In this document: positions 19,844 through 29,649 of the stretch, in pieces
Position numbering within the stretch: position 1 is the stretch's first letter
How the letters are laid out: each line of letters begins with the position of its first letter
Program-made: the position numbers and the translations under genes
Notes under the pieces: model-generated
The model's input: the letters and a program-made list of their open reading frames with translations, nothing else
Database searches by the model: none
What the model was told of the DNA's origin: nothing
NCBI RefSeq assembly: GCF_028368995.1
Contig: NZ_JAQNDL010000003.1
Location: 1,760,001 to 1,824,000, forward strand
From: Nannocystis bainbridge
GTDB taxonomy: Bacteria; Myxococcota_A; Polyangia; Nannocystales; Nannocystaceae
Direction: 5' to 3'
DNA length: 64,000 bases

Positions 19844-21928
19844 ATGCGCAAAAGCCCCAAGAACTCGGACCCTGGACACTCGACGCGCGGCTGCAGGGTC
19901 GCGGGTGCCACGGCCTTCGCCTGCGCCCTGCTCGGCGCGTGCGACAGCGACCTCCCGCCGGACCTCGAAGCGACCGCCGAAGTCGCCGATGACCTCGAGG
20001 TCCCCGCTGCCGTCGCAACAGAACACGACCCCGCGCTCCACCCCGACCTCACCCCCGAGTCCGACCCCGCCCCCGCCGACCTGTCCCTCGCGGACGACTC
20101 CTCCGACATGTCCCCGAGGACAGGCTTCGATCCCTGCCCTGAAGGGCGCCAGATCGCCCTCGACCCGCCCGGCGGCTGCACCCACCGCAGCGGTCCCCTG
20201 GGCTACTGGAAGGCCACCTCGCTGTTCGCCGAGGTGACCCCGCCCCTCACCGACGCCGGCGCTCCCCCGCCCGCGCTCGCCGGCTACTGCCAGTTCACCT
20301 GGACCCCCAATTCGCCCGCCATCCCCCCGCAGCTCACCTACCTCCCCGCCTCCGCCGAGAGCGGCCTCGCCCCCGATTGCGAGGTCGTGTGGGGTCAGGG
20401 CGACGTGCTCACCGACGCGCTCGCCGACGACCTGCGCGACGCTCACCAGCGTCACCTCGGCGCCGCCCCGCAGTTCGTCAACCCGGGCGCGCCCGTCCCC
20501 GTCACCATCGCCGTGCTCGACTCGGCCCCCAACGCCTTTGTCGACGCCCGCTCCGACCACGGCGAGAGCGTCGGCGAGACCATCCGCCGCGTCGCCTGCG
20601 CTGGCCCGGGCCAGTGCACGAACCTGGTCCGCTACGAGCTCGCCCTGCCGCGCTTCGGCGAGCACAACGTCGACTGGACCCTTGGCGGCCACTACGGCAG
20701 CCAGCGCGAGCTGGCCCAGGCGATCTTCGGCAGCGTGCGGCGGTGGAAGAGCGCCGGCGCCTCGCAGCGGCTCGTCCTCAACGTCAGCCTCGCCTGGGAG
20801 CCCAACCTGTTCGGCGGCACCGGCTCGCCCGCGACCATGCCCGCGCCCGCGCGCGCCGTGTTCCACGCCCTGCAGTACGCCGCCTGCGAGGGCGCCCTGA
20901 TCGTCACCGCCGCCGGCAACGCCACCGGCGACACCTGCCAGACCGGTCCGATGGCCCCGGCGATCTGGGAGAGCCGCGCCGCCCCGACCCCCGCGCTGTG
21001 CCAGGCGTTCGGCGTCGCCAACTCGACCTCCTCGGCCGCGTTCCCGCTGGTCCGCGCCGTCTCGGGGATCGGTCACGACAATCGCCCGCTGCAGGCGACG
21101 CGCCCCGGCGGCCGCCCGCGCCTCGCCGCGCCCGCATTCATGGCAGTCGGTGGCCCCAACGCCCAGCCGACCACGCCCCTGACCGGCACCTCGCTCGCCG
21201 CCGCCAGCGTCAGCGGCGTCGCGGCGCTCGCCTGGTCGTACGAGCCCGGCCTCACCGCCGGCCAGCTCGGCCAGCGCCTCTACGCCGCCGCCGCCCCGAT
21301 CCTCCCGCACGTCCCCGCCCAGTTCGGCACCACCGACCCGATCCGCCGGATCACCGCCTGCTCGACCCTCGCCGCCTGCACCGGCGCCCGCTGCCCCACC
21401 GTCGTCTGCAGCGCCCCGCTCCCCGACCTCGCGGCGCTCGCCGACGCCTCGTACCTCGCGGTCGACGCCCTGCGCGACGCCGACAGCCTCGACATGGTCG
21501 ACGCCCTGGCCGTGACCACCGCCAGCGCCTGCACCGACGTCTGCGGCGATTCGCTCCACACCTTCACCCCTGCAAGCGGCGCCCAGACCGCCTGCGATCA
21601 CGACGAGGTCGCCGGCCGCCAGCGCTACACCAGCCCCCAGCCCGAGTGGCCGGCCTGCCCCGCCTGCTTCCTCAGCAACAGCAACGCGACCGCCTACCTC
21701 GCCCTCGGCGAGCGCTTCGCCGATCGCACCGTCAGCGACGTCGAGCTCGAGCTCGAGGACGCCAACGCGACCCAGCGCTTCGTCCTCGGCGCGCTGCCCC
21801 TCACCGTCGACCGCGTCACCGAGGTCACCCTCCCACCCGACGAGCTGTTGGCGACCCCCCGCCGCGCGACCCTCCACATCACCTTCGCCTCCGGCGCGAC
21901 CCAGAGCAACGAGATCCCGATCCACTGA
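19844..21928 (+). CDS. S8 (subtilisin-like) serine peptidase, probable lipoprotein
   Basis: IAVLDS, SDHGESV, AAGN, LTGTSLAAASVSG motifs; lipobox LLGAC; C-terminal PQP..PACPAC domain. Start 19835 or 19844. Confidence 0.9.
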   Translation: MRKSPKNSDPGHSTRGCRVAGATAFACALLGACDSDLPPDLEATAEVADDLEVPAAVATEHDPALHPDLTPESDPAPADLSLADDSSDMSPRTGFDPCPEGRQIALDPPGGCTHRSGPLGYWKATSLFAEVTPPLTDAGAPPPALAGYCQFTWTPNSPAIPPQLTYLPASAESGLAPDCEVVWGQGDVLTDALADDLRDAHQRHLGAAPQFVNPGAPVPVTIAVLDSAPNAFVDARSDHGESVGETIRRVACAGPGQCTNLVRYELALPRFGEHNVDWTLGGHYGSQRELAQAIFGSVRRWKSAGASQRLVLNVSLAWEPNLFGGTGSPATMPAPARAVFHALQYAACEGALIVTAAGNATGDTCQTGPMAPAIWESRAAPTPALCQAFGVANSTSSAAFPLVRAVSGIGHDNRPLQATRPGGRPRLAAPAFMAVGGPNAQPTTPLTGTSLAAASVSGVAALAWSYEPGLTAGQLGQRLYAAAAPILPHVPAQFGTTDPIRRITACSTLAACTGARCPTVVCSAPLPDLAALADASYLAVDALRDADSLDMVDALAVTTASACTDVCGDSLHTFTPASGAQTACDHDEVAGRQRYTSPQPEWPACPACFLSNSNATAYLALGERFADRTVSDVELELEDANATQRFVLGALPLTVDRVTEVTLPPDELLATPRRATLHITFASGATQSNEIPIH

Positions 21929-22177
21929 GCCTGGAGCGAGCCGGCGCGACGGAGTCGCCGCACGGCCGAGCCCCGCGCTCGGCCATCGTCTCGGCATCGA
22001 ATCGAGCGAGCGTCCCCAACGCCCGCCCGACTCTCATCATTCTCTGCCCCGAACTGCCCCACGATTCGAACTCTTATCATTCCCCTCCGCAGCTGGGCTC
22101 GCCGGCTCGCTCCTCTCCCGCACTCCCGGGGGTCTCTCGCCTCGCCCCGCGATTTCGTGATAGATGCGATCACCCCC

Positions 22178-23314
22178 ATGTCTGCCGACCCCGCCGAGTT
22201 CACGCAGTTCTTCCTCGACCTGCTCGACCTGTGCGCCGTCATCCCTGGCGCGCGCGTCCCTCCCGGCGCCAGCGACCCCGAGCTCGCCGCTCTCGAGGCC
22301 GAGCTCGAATACCCCCTGCCTGCCGATTTACGGACCGCCCTGAGCCTCTGTGACGGCCTCGAGGCCCCCGAGCTCGCCGGCCCTGGCAGCGACGCCGGCC
22401 TCCTCTCCGTCGCCGGCATCCGCGAGCGCTGGCGGTCCCTGCGTGAGCTCGACGGCGCCGCCGATCGCCGGCTCTTGCCGATCGCCGACGACAACGGCGT
22501 CCTCCGCTACCTCGTCCTGATCCCCGGCTCCAAGCATTTCGGCGCCGTCGCCACCTGGGACAGCGACGGTGACGCCTGGGGCGTCGTGCGCGGCAAGCCC
22601 GTCGCCAGCCTGCGGGCCCTGCTCGAGAAGGCCCTGCCCAAGCTGCAGAAGAAGCTGCCCAAGGGCCTGCCGATCATCCCCGGATTCGCCCGCGGCGCCG
22701 CCCCCGACCCCGACACCCTCGCCGGCATCATCGCCGGCCTGCAGGCCAGCCTGAAGAGACACCAGCCGATCGACGACCGCCTGCAGTTGTTCGCCCGCGA
22801 CCCTGCCCTGCTGACCGCCATCCTCGACGCCCTCCTGCGCGCCGGGGCCCCGCTGCTGGCCCTCGCCGAGCATCACCCCCACGTCGCCCAGGTCGCAGCG
22901 CGGCTCGACGCCGGCCTCCTGCTGGCCGCGCTCACCCGCTACGAGCCGGTCGCCACCCCCCACGAGCCGCGGCTGCTGCTCGACTGGAGCGCCCACCTCG
23001 ACGACATCACCGCCGCCCTCGTCGCCCGGTCGGCCCCGAGGTCGAGGAGAGCTGAGACTCCGCCCCGTCGCTCAGCCCCGAGCGCGTCGCCACGCGCCCG
23101 CCGTCACGCTTCGCCTGAGCCGGGTGAAGGTGGCAGATGCACCGGCAGACGTCGTCGCGCAGTTGCCGGCCACAAGCGGTTCAGATCCAACTCGCGCACC
23201 CAGCGCTTTCCACCGCTCGACGACATGGCGCCAGGCGCGCTCAAGTGGCCGTCAAGTTGCCCGAGGGGTCCCAAGGGCTGCTCTCCGGAAAGTTTGAGGA
23301 GCCGAATCAAGTAG
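22178..23314 (+). CDS. SMI1/KNR4 family protein, probably truncated near 23030
   Basis: PGASDPELAALEAELEYPLPADLR..DG SMI1 signature; GC3 bias and protein-like composition collapse after about 23030. Confidence 0.65.
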   Translation: MSADPAEFTQFFLDLLDLCAVIPGARVPPGASDPELAALEAELEYPLPADLRTALSLCDGLEAPELAGPGSDAGLLSVAGIRERWRSLRELDGAADRRLLPIADDNGVLRYLVLIPGSKHFGAVATWDSDGDAWGVVRGKPVASLRALLEKALPKLQKKLPKGLPIIPGFARGAAPDPDTLAGIIAGLQASLKRHQPIDDRLQLFARDPALLTAILDALLRAGAPLLALAEHHPHVAQVAARLDAGLLLAALTRYEPVATPHEPRLLLDWSAHLDDITAALVARSAPRSRRAETPPRRSAPSASPRARRHASPEPGEGGRCTGRRRRAVAGHKRFRSNSRTQRFPPLDDMAPGALKWPSSCPRGPKGCSPESLRSRIK

Positions 23315-23474
23315 CCGTCACGTACAACCCCGCCCGAGAATTAGATTTGGCAGGCTCAAATCTTCGCCGCAGAGCGCGCCAATCAAGTACCCGTCAAGTT
23401 CGCTTCTGCCCAAATACCCCGCCGCCCCGAAGTTTGAAGCCCAGCGAGGTCTGGGAAGCAAGTAGCCATCAAGT
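23241..23474. repeat. Four interspaced 17-bp repeats, consensus TCAAGTAGCCGTCAAGT
   Basis: tcaagtggccgtcaagt 23241, tcaagtagccgtcacgt 23307, tcaagtacccgtcaagt 23383, gcaagtagccatcaagt 23458; spacers 49, 59 and 58 bp. Confidence 0.85.
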
Positions 23475-24959
23475 GGACCCCCTGGCCGACGAGGTCGCCC
23501 ACCAGGGCAGGTACTGCATGAGCTTGGGAGCCGCGGCAGCGTCGCGGGGCACGATGACGCCCGCCTCGACCGCATCCCGCAACAACCGCGAGGCCATCGC
23601 TCGGTTCGGCTCCGAGATGCCGAAGCGCTCCCGTATCGTCGAGTTCGTCACCGGTTCACGCTGCACGTACTTGAGACAGGCATGCCAGTAGCAGGCCCGG
23701 ACGCGCTCTTCTTTGTCCATCTGATTGAAGTCGCGGGGCGCGAACAGCACGACTCGCGTGAACCCGGGGGGCGTCTCGAACAGCGGCGGCGGGAGTTGAT
23801 GCAGCTCGACCTGTGCGACGACCTTGTCGATGCCACTGCCACGCTCCTCACAGATACGAAATCTCCGCATGAGCGACGCCAGCGTCTCGTTGCGAGAAAA
23901 AGGCGGGCTGTCGAGTAACCTCTCGACGGCCACCAACGGCTCGCCCGGATCGGTGATTTCCACGCGGCCGTCGAAGACCTCGACCATCGGCCCCGCCCCG
24001 GTGACCGAAAAATCCTGGTGAATGAGCGCGTTGGCCACCAATTCCCGGACGGCCAGCTCCGGGAACCTCGGGACCTGGTGTCGCAGCGCCTGCCCCACGA
24101 CCTCGGTCGTGGGCAGGATCCCGTTCAAGTAGACCAGCAACCCCTCGAAGCCACTCGCGTAGCCCCTGCCGTCGAGCTGCTCTCGAACTGTCTCGGTGCG
24201 ATCGCGGCCGCGGTACTGGATCACTCGTACCGCCTTGCGGCTCAAGCTGGCGAAGTCCGAGATCCGCTTGGCGAACAGGATCGCTCCCAGATTGGTGATG
24301 TCCCAGGTCTCTGCGTTCGCTACGACGAGTTGGTCGCGCCTGAGCGCGTCGAGGATCGCGCTGCGCCCGTCCGGCAGCGGGAGCTCCAGAAGATCGAAGT
24401 AGGACGGATAGTCGAGCATCTGCAGGACTTCGTCCTCACTGAGGTGTGGGGCGGCGATGCCCTTTTCGAAAGGCACCCTGTCGAACAGGCGCCAGAGCTC
24501 CCGCTCCTTCTCGGGAAAGTCCCCGAGCGGCTTCTTGTAACTCCCGACGCGGATGTACTCCCGACCCGAGAAGCTCACAGGGCGACCCGAAGCGGCGACG
24601 ATCTCCAGCAATACGACCCGTTTCCCGTCGAGCTCGACGGTCGAGAAACTGAATTCGATGCGAGGTTCGAGGAGGCGCAGCAGCCAGCTCTCCAGCGCTT
24701 CGTTGCCCTTACGGGCCTTGTTCGGGTCGAATTGGGTCCCGACGATCGCATGATCATCGTCCTTGATTCCCCATACCAGATACCCCCTGGTCTTGCTTGC
24801 AAGGGCAGCCCCGTTCGCGAGGGCCGAAATATACTCGCCGATCTCTTGCGGCTCGGCGTTGTCTACCTTGAACTCCACCCAAGGGGTCTCCCCCGGCAGC
24901 TTGCACAGTTCCCGCACGAGGCCTTGCAGATACGAGGAACTTCGGCCCGGCGTCGGCAT
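23469..24959 (-). CDS. Schlafen/AlbA_2 domain + HATPase_c_4-like + winged-HTH protein
   Basis: ETPWVEFK, ISALANG, YLVWGIKD, YIRVGS (AlbA_2); RELVANALIHQDF, EITDPG, SRN, EERGSGIDK; C-terminal wHTH ending YLPWWA. Confidence 0.9.
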   Translation of the reverse strand: MPTPGRSSSYLQGLVRELCKLPGETPWVEFKVDNAEPQEIGEYISALANGAALASKTRGYLVWGIKDDDHAIVGTQFDPNKARKGNEALESWLLRLLEPRIEFSFSTVELDGKRVVLLEIVAASGRPVSFSGREYIRVGSYKKPLGDFPEKERELWRLFDRVPFEKGIAAPHLSEDEVLQMLDYPSYFDLLELPLPDGRSAILDALRRDQLVVANAETWDITNLGAILFAKRISDFASLSRKAVRVIQYRGRDRTETVREQLDGRGYASGFEGLLVYLNGILPTTEVVGQALRHQVPRFPELAVRELVANALIHQDFSVTGAGPMVEVFDGRVEITDPGEPLVAVERLLDSPPFSRNETLASLMRRFRICEERGSGIDKVVAQVELHQLPPPLFETPPGFTRVVLFAPRDFNQMDKEERVRACYWHACLKYVQREPVTNSTIRERFGISEPNRAMASRLLRDAVEAGVIVPRDAAAAPKLMQYLPWWATSSARGST

Positions 24960-25052
24960 TCCCCGCTATGATAGCAAAAATCACCGCGCGAGCAGCGGCT
25001 GAGCGTTCCTGGTACCAAGGGATTGGCCACGAGGTCGACAGGGCCTCTCGCG

Positions 25053-25793
25053 TCACTCCGCGTCGGCCGCGACCTCCGCGTCGAGCGCCTGGGCCCACCA
25101 CGCCACGCGCTGCGCCACGTGCTCCTTCGCCACGTTGCCCGCGATCATCTCGAGCTCGAACGTATAGTTGTCGACCTTCCCGCGGATCATGTCACCGAGG
25201 CGATGCCGCGTATTCGTCACCCAGTAGCCCTCCGAGAAGATCCGCAGCTGCTTCGCCGAGAAGCTGCGCGCCCGCCCCAGCGCCCGGCCGAACGGATAAC
25301 GGCGGATCGTCCGCGCCTCGAGGTCGACCACGAACATCGGCCGCCAGTACACCATGAAGAAGCCTGGCAGCCCGATCACCGTCACCGCCAATGCCACCTC
25401 CGCAGCGGAGATCCTCTGGGTGCTCGACTCCCCGCCCCAGACCTCGGTCGATCCGCTCAGGATCACCGCGAACAGCCCGAGCCACAGCAAGAACGCCCCG
25501 AAGCCGGCGATCATCAGCTCCGTCACCGCGCCGAGCTCTCGCGTCCGCGTGATCACGAGCCCCGGCGCGTCCGGCCGCAGCGCCTCGAGACGGAAGATCC
25601 GCACCGCGCTGACCATCAACACGGGCGTGATGATCGCGAACGCCAGCCACCCGGGCCCGTCCATGCGGTAAATTTCGCCGAACAGCAGGACCCTGACGAA
25701 GCCGGCGGCCATCAGCACCGGCATCGCCGCGCGCACCGCATCGCCAAAATGCAGCCCCTTTAAAAATCCACTCGCTCGCGGCACGTTCGGCAT
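25053..25793 (-). CDS. Hypothetical membrane protein (about 4 TM)
   Basis: Four hydrophobic stretches in the ORF portion starting MPNVPRA. Confidence 0.65.
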   Translation of the reverse strand: MPNVPRASGFLKGLHFGDAVRAAMPVLMAAGFVRVLLFGEIYRMDGPGWLAFAIITPVLMVSAVRIFRLEALRPDAPGLVITRTRELGAVTELMIAGFGAFLLWLGLFAVILSGSTEVWGGESSTQRISAAEVALAVTVIGLPGFFMVYWRPMFVVDLEARTIRRYPFGRALGRARSFSAKQLRIFSEGYWVTNTRHRLGDMIRGKVDNYTFELEMIAGNVAKEHVAQRVAWWAQALDAEVAADAE

Positions 25794-25920
25794 GGTCCCT
25801 CGCGCTCGCCGACAGCGACGAGCGCGACCAGGATACACCGCGCCGCGGCCCGAGGACCGCCCGTGCCGCGACCCCGAACGAGCGCAAATCAGCGCATGCC
25901 CCTCGACGCTGTGGCGCCAC

Positions 25921-27873
25921 TCACTGCGGCACGACGCGCGTGACCAGGCACGATTGCCCGCTGCACTGCAGGACGGCCGCGCGACCGACAGCCGTCGAGA
26001 GGTACCGGAGCGGGCCCGCGACCGGCGATGCCGGCAGCGGCTGGTCGGTGGGCCAGGCGAAGACGCCGTCCTTCCAGGACCACAGCGCGGTGCCATGATC
26101 GCCGGAGCTGTCCACCAGCCCGGGCTCCACGCGGGGCAGCTCCTTGCCAGTCCCGCGCTCGTGGCGGGCGTCGTTGACGACGAGCACGCGGCCGTGCTCG
26201 AGCGCGGCACCCACGTATGTCTGATAGCGGCCGGGGCTCGTGAAGCGGCGGCCGAGGGCGCCCGTCGCCGCGTCGATCTCGACCACGCTGGTGGCCCCCG
26301 TGGGCGAATCACCGTGCTCGAGCCCGCCCGGGGCGACGGCGTACAGGGTCTTGCCGTCGGGCACGACGATCAGAGTACCGAGCGGGCCGAGCTTCGGGAT
26401 CGACGCGCGCCAGTCCTCCTTCATGCTGGCCGCGTCGATCCTCACGACATGGGTCTGGCGGTCGTCGCCGAACGAGCCGGCGTAGACATGCCGGCCGTCG
26501 ACCGAGAGGGTCCAAAAAGCCGCGATGCGGGTGTCGCTGCAGGCGCGCGCGCCGGTGCGGAGGTCGACGCGGCAGAGGCGGTGGTCCTCGATCCCCATGG
26601 CGTTCGCGGCGTCGGGCAGGACCGCGAGCTCGACGAGCGCGGGTCGGTTGGGGAGCGCGGCGACGCGGGTACAATCGCGGGTGTCCCAGATCGTCAAGTG
26701 GCCGGCCGAACTGACCACGGCGCGGTCTCCTCCCGGGGACAGCGCGCTGGCTTCGATCCGGTACAGCCGCCCGGGCGCGACGAGGTCCTCGCCGGTCGAG
26801 GCATCGATGACCCGCACGCCGCTGTCCGCGGAGTGGGCGACGCGCGCGCCGTCGGGCGAGAAGGCGAGCCGGCCGACATAGGGGAGACCCCATTGCGTGA
26901 ACAACGGCCGCCCGCTGGCGACGTCGAGGATCGCTAGACCGTATTCCTGGGTCGGTTGCGATCGCTCGAGCACGAGGCCCAGCCGCTGCGCCGACGGCGA
27001 GAACACGAGGCTGCTGACTCTCGCGCCCGCGGGCGGCTTGAAGCTGGATACCGCTGCGCCGGACGGGGCGGCGACGAGGCGCGTCTGGTCGCCGTCGACG
27101 AATGCGACGAGTCCACCGTCGCGCGAGAGCGCGACCTCACCGAGGTATTCGCCGGTGCGCGCGACGAAGGCGACCTCCTGGCGCGACGCGACATCGAACA
27201 CGTGGATCCCGTCGCCCCGGTATTCGCTGTCGCGCGTGCGGCTCGGCGCGAGCGCGGCCCGCCGACCGTCGCCGCTCACGGCCGCGGTCGCAAGCTCGGT
27301 GCCGGCGCACAGCTCACCCTCCGCGCGGAGGCCGTCGCCGAAGAGGCTCACGCAGGCGCTGCCGCTGCCCTGGAGCTGGATCGCGGAGTGACAGTCGTCG
27401 GCGGGAATGACCTCCCTCGTCGACGGGAGCGGACGCTTGCTCACGGGCTCGCGCCCCGGCATGCGCAGCAGCGCGACCTCGCCGCTGGCCTCGGTCGACA
27501 TGCAGGTGCCCGACGGCGAGACGCCGGAGGTGAGCGCGAGCTCGAATTCCTCGAGCGTGGCGCCCGACAGGGCGTCGGCGACGCGCCAGCGGCCGAGGCC
27601 CTCGAGGTACAGGCGATCGGGCGCCGGAAACAGCACGAGGCCGTAGTTTCGCACCGTGGCGAGCCGGTCGGAGCCGATCCGGCAGGTGAAGCCGGGCGGC
27701 AGGTCCTCCGCGGCGGCGCGAGCGTCCGGAGCGGGCAAGGACTCGAGGACGCGCGACCTGGACTCCTGCGAGACGCCGGCCTCGCCGGCAGGGGCCTCGG
27801 GCGCGCGCTCGGCCGGGGCACAACCGGCCAGGAGGAGGAGGCTCAGGGCCGCAGCGAGACCGGCGTGGAGCAT
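25921..27873 (-). CDS. WD40/beta-propeller lipoprotein
   Basis: Lipobox LLLLAGC; repeated (A/V)FSPDG/LSRDG blades and TIWD motif. Confidence 0.8.
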   Translation of the reverse strand: MLHAGLAAALSLLLLAGCAPAERAPEAPAGEAGVSQESRSRVLESLPAPDARAAAEDLPPGFTCRIGSDRLATVRNYGLVLFPAPDRLYLEGLGRWRVADALSGATLEEFELALTSGVSPSGTCMSTEASGEVALLRMPGREPVSKRPLPSTREVIPADDCHSAIQLQGSGSACVSLFGDGLRAEGELCAGTELATAAVSGDGRRAALAPSRTRDSEYRGDGIHVFDVASRQEVAFVARTGEYLGEVALSRDGGLVAFVDGDQTRLVAAPSGAAVSSFKPPAGARVSSLVFSPSAQRLGLVLERSQPTQEYGLAILDVASGRPLFTQWGLPYVGRLAFSPDGARVAHSADSGVRVIDASTGEDLVAPGRLYRIEASALSPGGDRAVVSSAGHLTIWDTRDCTRVAALPNRPALVELAVLPDAANAMGIEDHRLCRVDLRTGARACSDTRIAAFWTLSVDGRHVYAGSFGDDRQTHVVRIDAASMKEDWRASIPKLGPLGTLIVVPDGKTLYAVAPGGLEHGDSPTGATSVVEIDAATGALGRRFTSPGRYQTYVGAALEHGRVLVVNDARHERGTGKELPRVEPGLVDSSGDHGTALWSWKDGVFAWPTDQPLPASPVAGPLRYLSTAVGRAAVLQCSGQSCLVTRVVPQ

Positions 27874-28164
27874 GCGCGCATCCAAGCGCACCGGCCGGCG
27901 AGAGGCAAGCGCCGGCGAGCGAACGCGCGGCGAAATCCGACGAGGAGGCCCCTCGATGCCTCGCACAGTTCCGGGACAGCTCGATGCCTGCATTCCAGGC
28001 AGTCATCGTCGCGGTCCCATCATAGCGCCTTCACTTGCGTGACGTGCAGGCCAGCCCGACACACCGTGGGGATCTCTCTGTCACAGCGAACCCCCACGAC
28101 GCGGCGTCGATGTACGCCGCGGGTCCGCTGGTGAATCGCGGCAGTTCGGGTTATCACCACCCCG

Positions 28165-28881
28165 ATGCAACGACTCTCTCGACTCGCCCTTTGTGCATTC
28201 GCGCTCGAGCTCGCCTGCGGCGAAACGACCGGCTCCACCAGCGGCTCCACCGGCGAATCGACCGACGGCGGCACCACCACCAGCACCGGCACCACCGACG
28301 ACACACCGACCGGCACCAGCACCACGACGACGACCCCAGAGTCCTCGACCGGCACCAGCACCGGCGAGCCGCTCACCACCGGCGGCGAGCCGACCACCCT
28401 CGGCACGACCACCGAAGCGGCCACGACCTCGACCGAGACCACCGGCGACACCGACACCACCGGCCCCCCCGCCGAGCCCCTCACGCGCGCCTGGTGGGTC
28501 GACGGCAACACCCTGCAGCTGCGCATCCTGCAGCAGGACAATCGCGTCGGCCTGTGCCGCGGCCTCATCCTCGAGGCGCTCGCCAGCGGCGGCGTCGACA
28601 CTCCCGCCTACGAGCCCATCGACCAGCCCGCGGAATGGGCCGTGCGCTACGTGTTCGTGCACGACGCCCCCGACGATTGCTTCGACCCCTACACCTGGTA
28701 CGAGAACGAGCCCGCCTCGGCCGCCGCCGCCACCGGCACGATCACCCTTCATGACGCCGACGCCGACGGCCAGCCCGAGACCCTCGATCTCGAAGTCACC
28801 GGCACCTACGCGCCCTCGGCCCCGTGGACCCCCGCCGAGGACCTGCTCGCCGCCGCCGGCGTCGTCGTCGAGATCGGCTGA
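28165..28881 (+). CDS. Hypothetical lipoprotein with Thr/Gly-rich linker
   Basis: Lipobox ELAC, TTG-rich linker, small globular C-terminal domain. Confidence 0.8.
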   Translation: MQRLSRLALCAFALELACGETTGSTSGSTGESTDGGTTTSTGTTDDTPTGTSTTTTTPESSTGTSTGEPLTTGGEPTTLGTTTEAATTSTETTGDTDTTGPPAEPLTRAWWVDGNTLQLRILQQDNRVGLCRGLILEALASGGVDTPAYEPIDQPAEWAVRYVFVHDAPDDCFDPYTWYENEPASAAAATGTITLHDADADGQPETLDLEVTGTYAPSAPWTPAEDLLAAAGVVVEIG

Positions 28882-29295
28882 CCTCGCGCCGCGCTCGCCG
28901 AACCTGCGCCCCCGGAGGCATCGACTCCATGCGACAGACCGCGCTCCGATCGCCGCTCAGGTGGCGTCCGGACCGGGCCACGGGTCGCCGTTTTCGGCCC
29001 GGCGACGACGAACGCGAGGAGTCGGCAGGTCTGCCTCGTCGATTCGCTCCGGGCCGCCATGGATGAATGGCGGTACCGCCTCCAGCTTGAGCGGACCTGC
29101 TGCCGGATCGCTCGAGGACGGTTCTACGCGCCCACCATGCCCCCGAGGATCGCTTGGTGCATTCATGCCCCGAAGATAGCATGCAGCTCGCCGACCGCAC
29201 GACCCCGCGCGCACCGGTCGGCACGAATCCGTAGCGAGACCGGTCACCACGCGAACCCGCCACCGAGACCGCCGCACGACCCGCGCGCCGAGACC

Positions 29296-29649
29296 GCCTG
29301 CAGGCCACATTCGCTTCGCGCAAGCCTGTAAACCACTTTCGCCTCACGCAAGCCTGTAGGCCACTTTCGCCTCACGCAAGCTCATAGGCCACTTTCGCCT
29401 CACGCAAGCCTGTAAACCACTTTCGCCTCAAGCAAGCCTGTAGGCCACATTCGCTTCGCGCAAGCCTGTAAACCACTGCCGCCTCACGCAAGCTCATAGG
29501 CCACTTTCGCCTCACGCAAGCCTGTAGGCCACTTTCGCCTCGCGCAAGCATGTAGGCCATTTCCGCCAGCACGCAAGCCTGTAGCCGCTGCAGCCCCGAA
29601 CCCGACCGCGTCGTTGCGCAAGCCAGTAGACCGATTCGTCACTGCGCAA
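29296..29649. repeat. 28-bp tandem repeat, about 10 copies plus one detached degenerate copy
   Basis: Consensus gcctgtaggccactttcgcctcacgcaa; units start every 28 bp from 29296 to 29548, partial unit at 29577, degenerate unit 29622-29649. Confidence 0.95.

Noticed and set aside
23241-23474. Canonical CRISPR array
   Set aside because: Repeats are only 17 bp, degenerate and non-palindromic, with 49-59 bp spacers and no cas genes; kept as a non-CRISPR finding.
29296-29649. CRISPR array
   Set aside because: Units are contiguous with no unique spacers, and there are no cas genes in the window.
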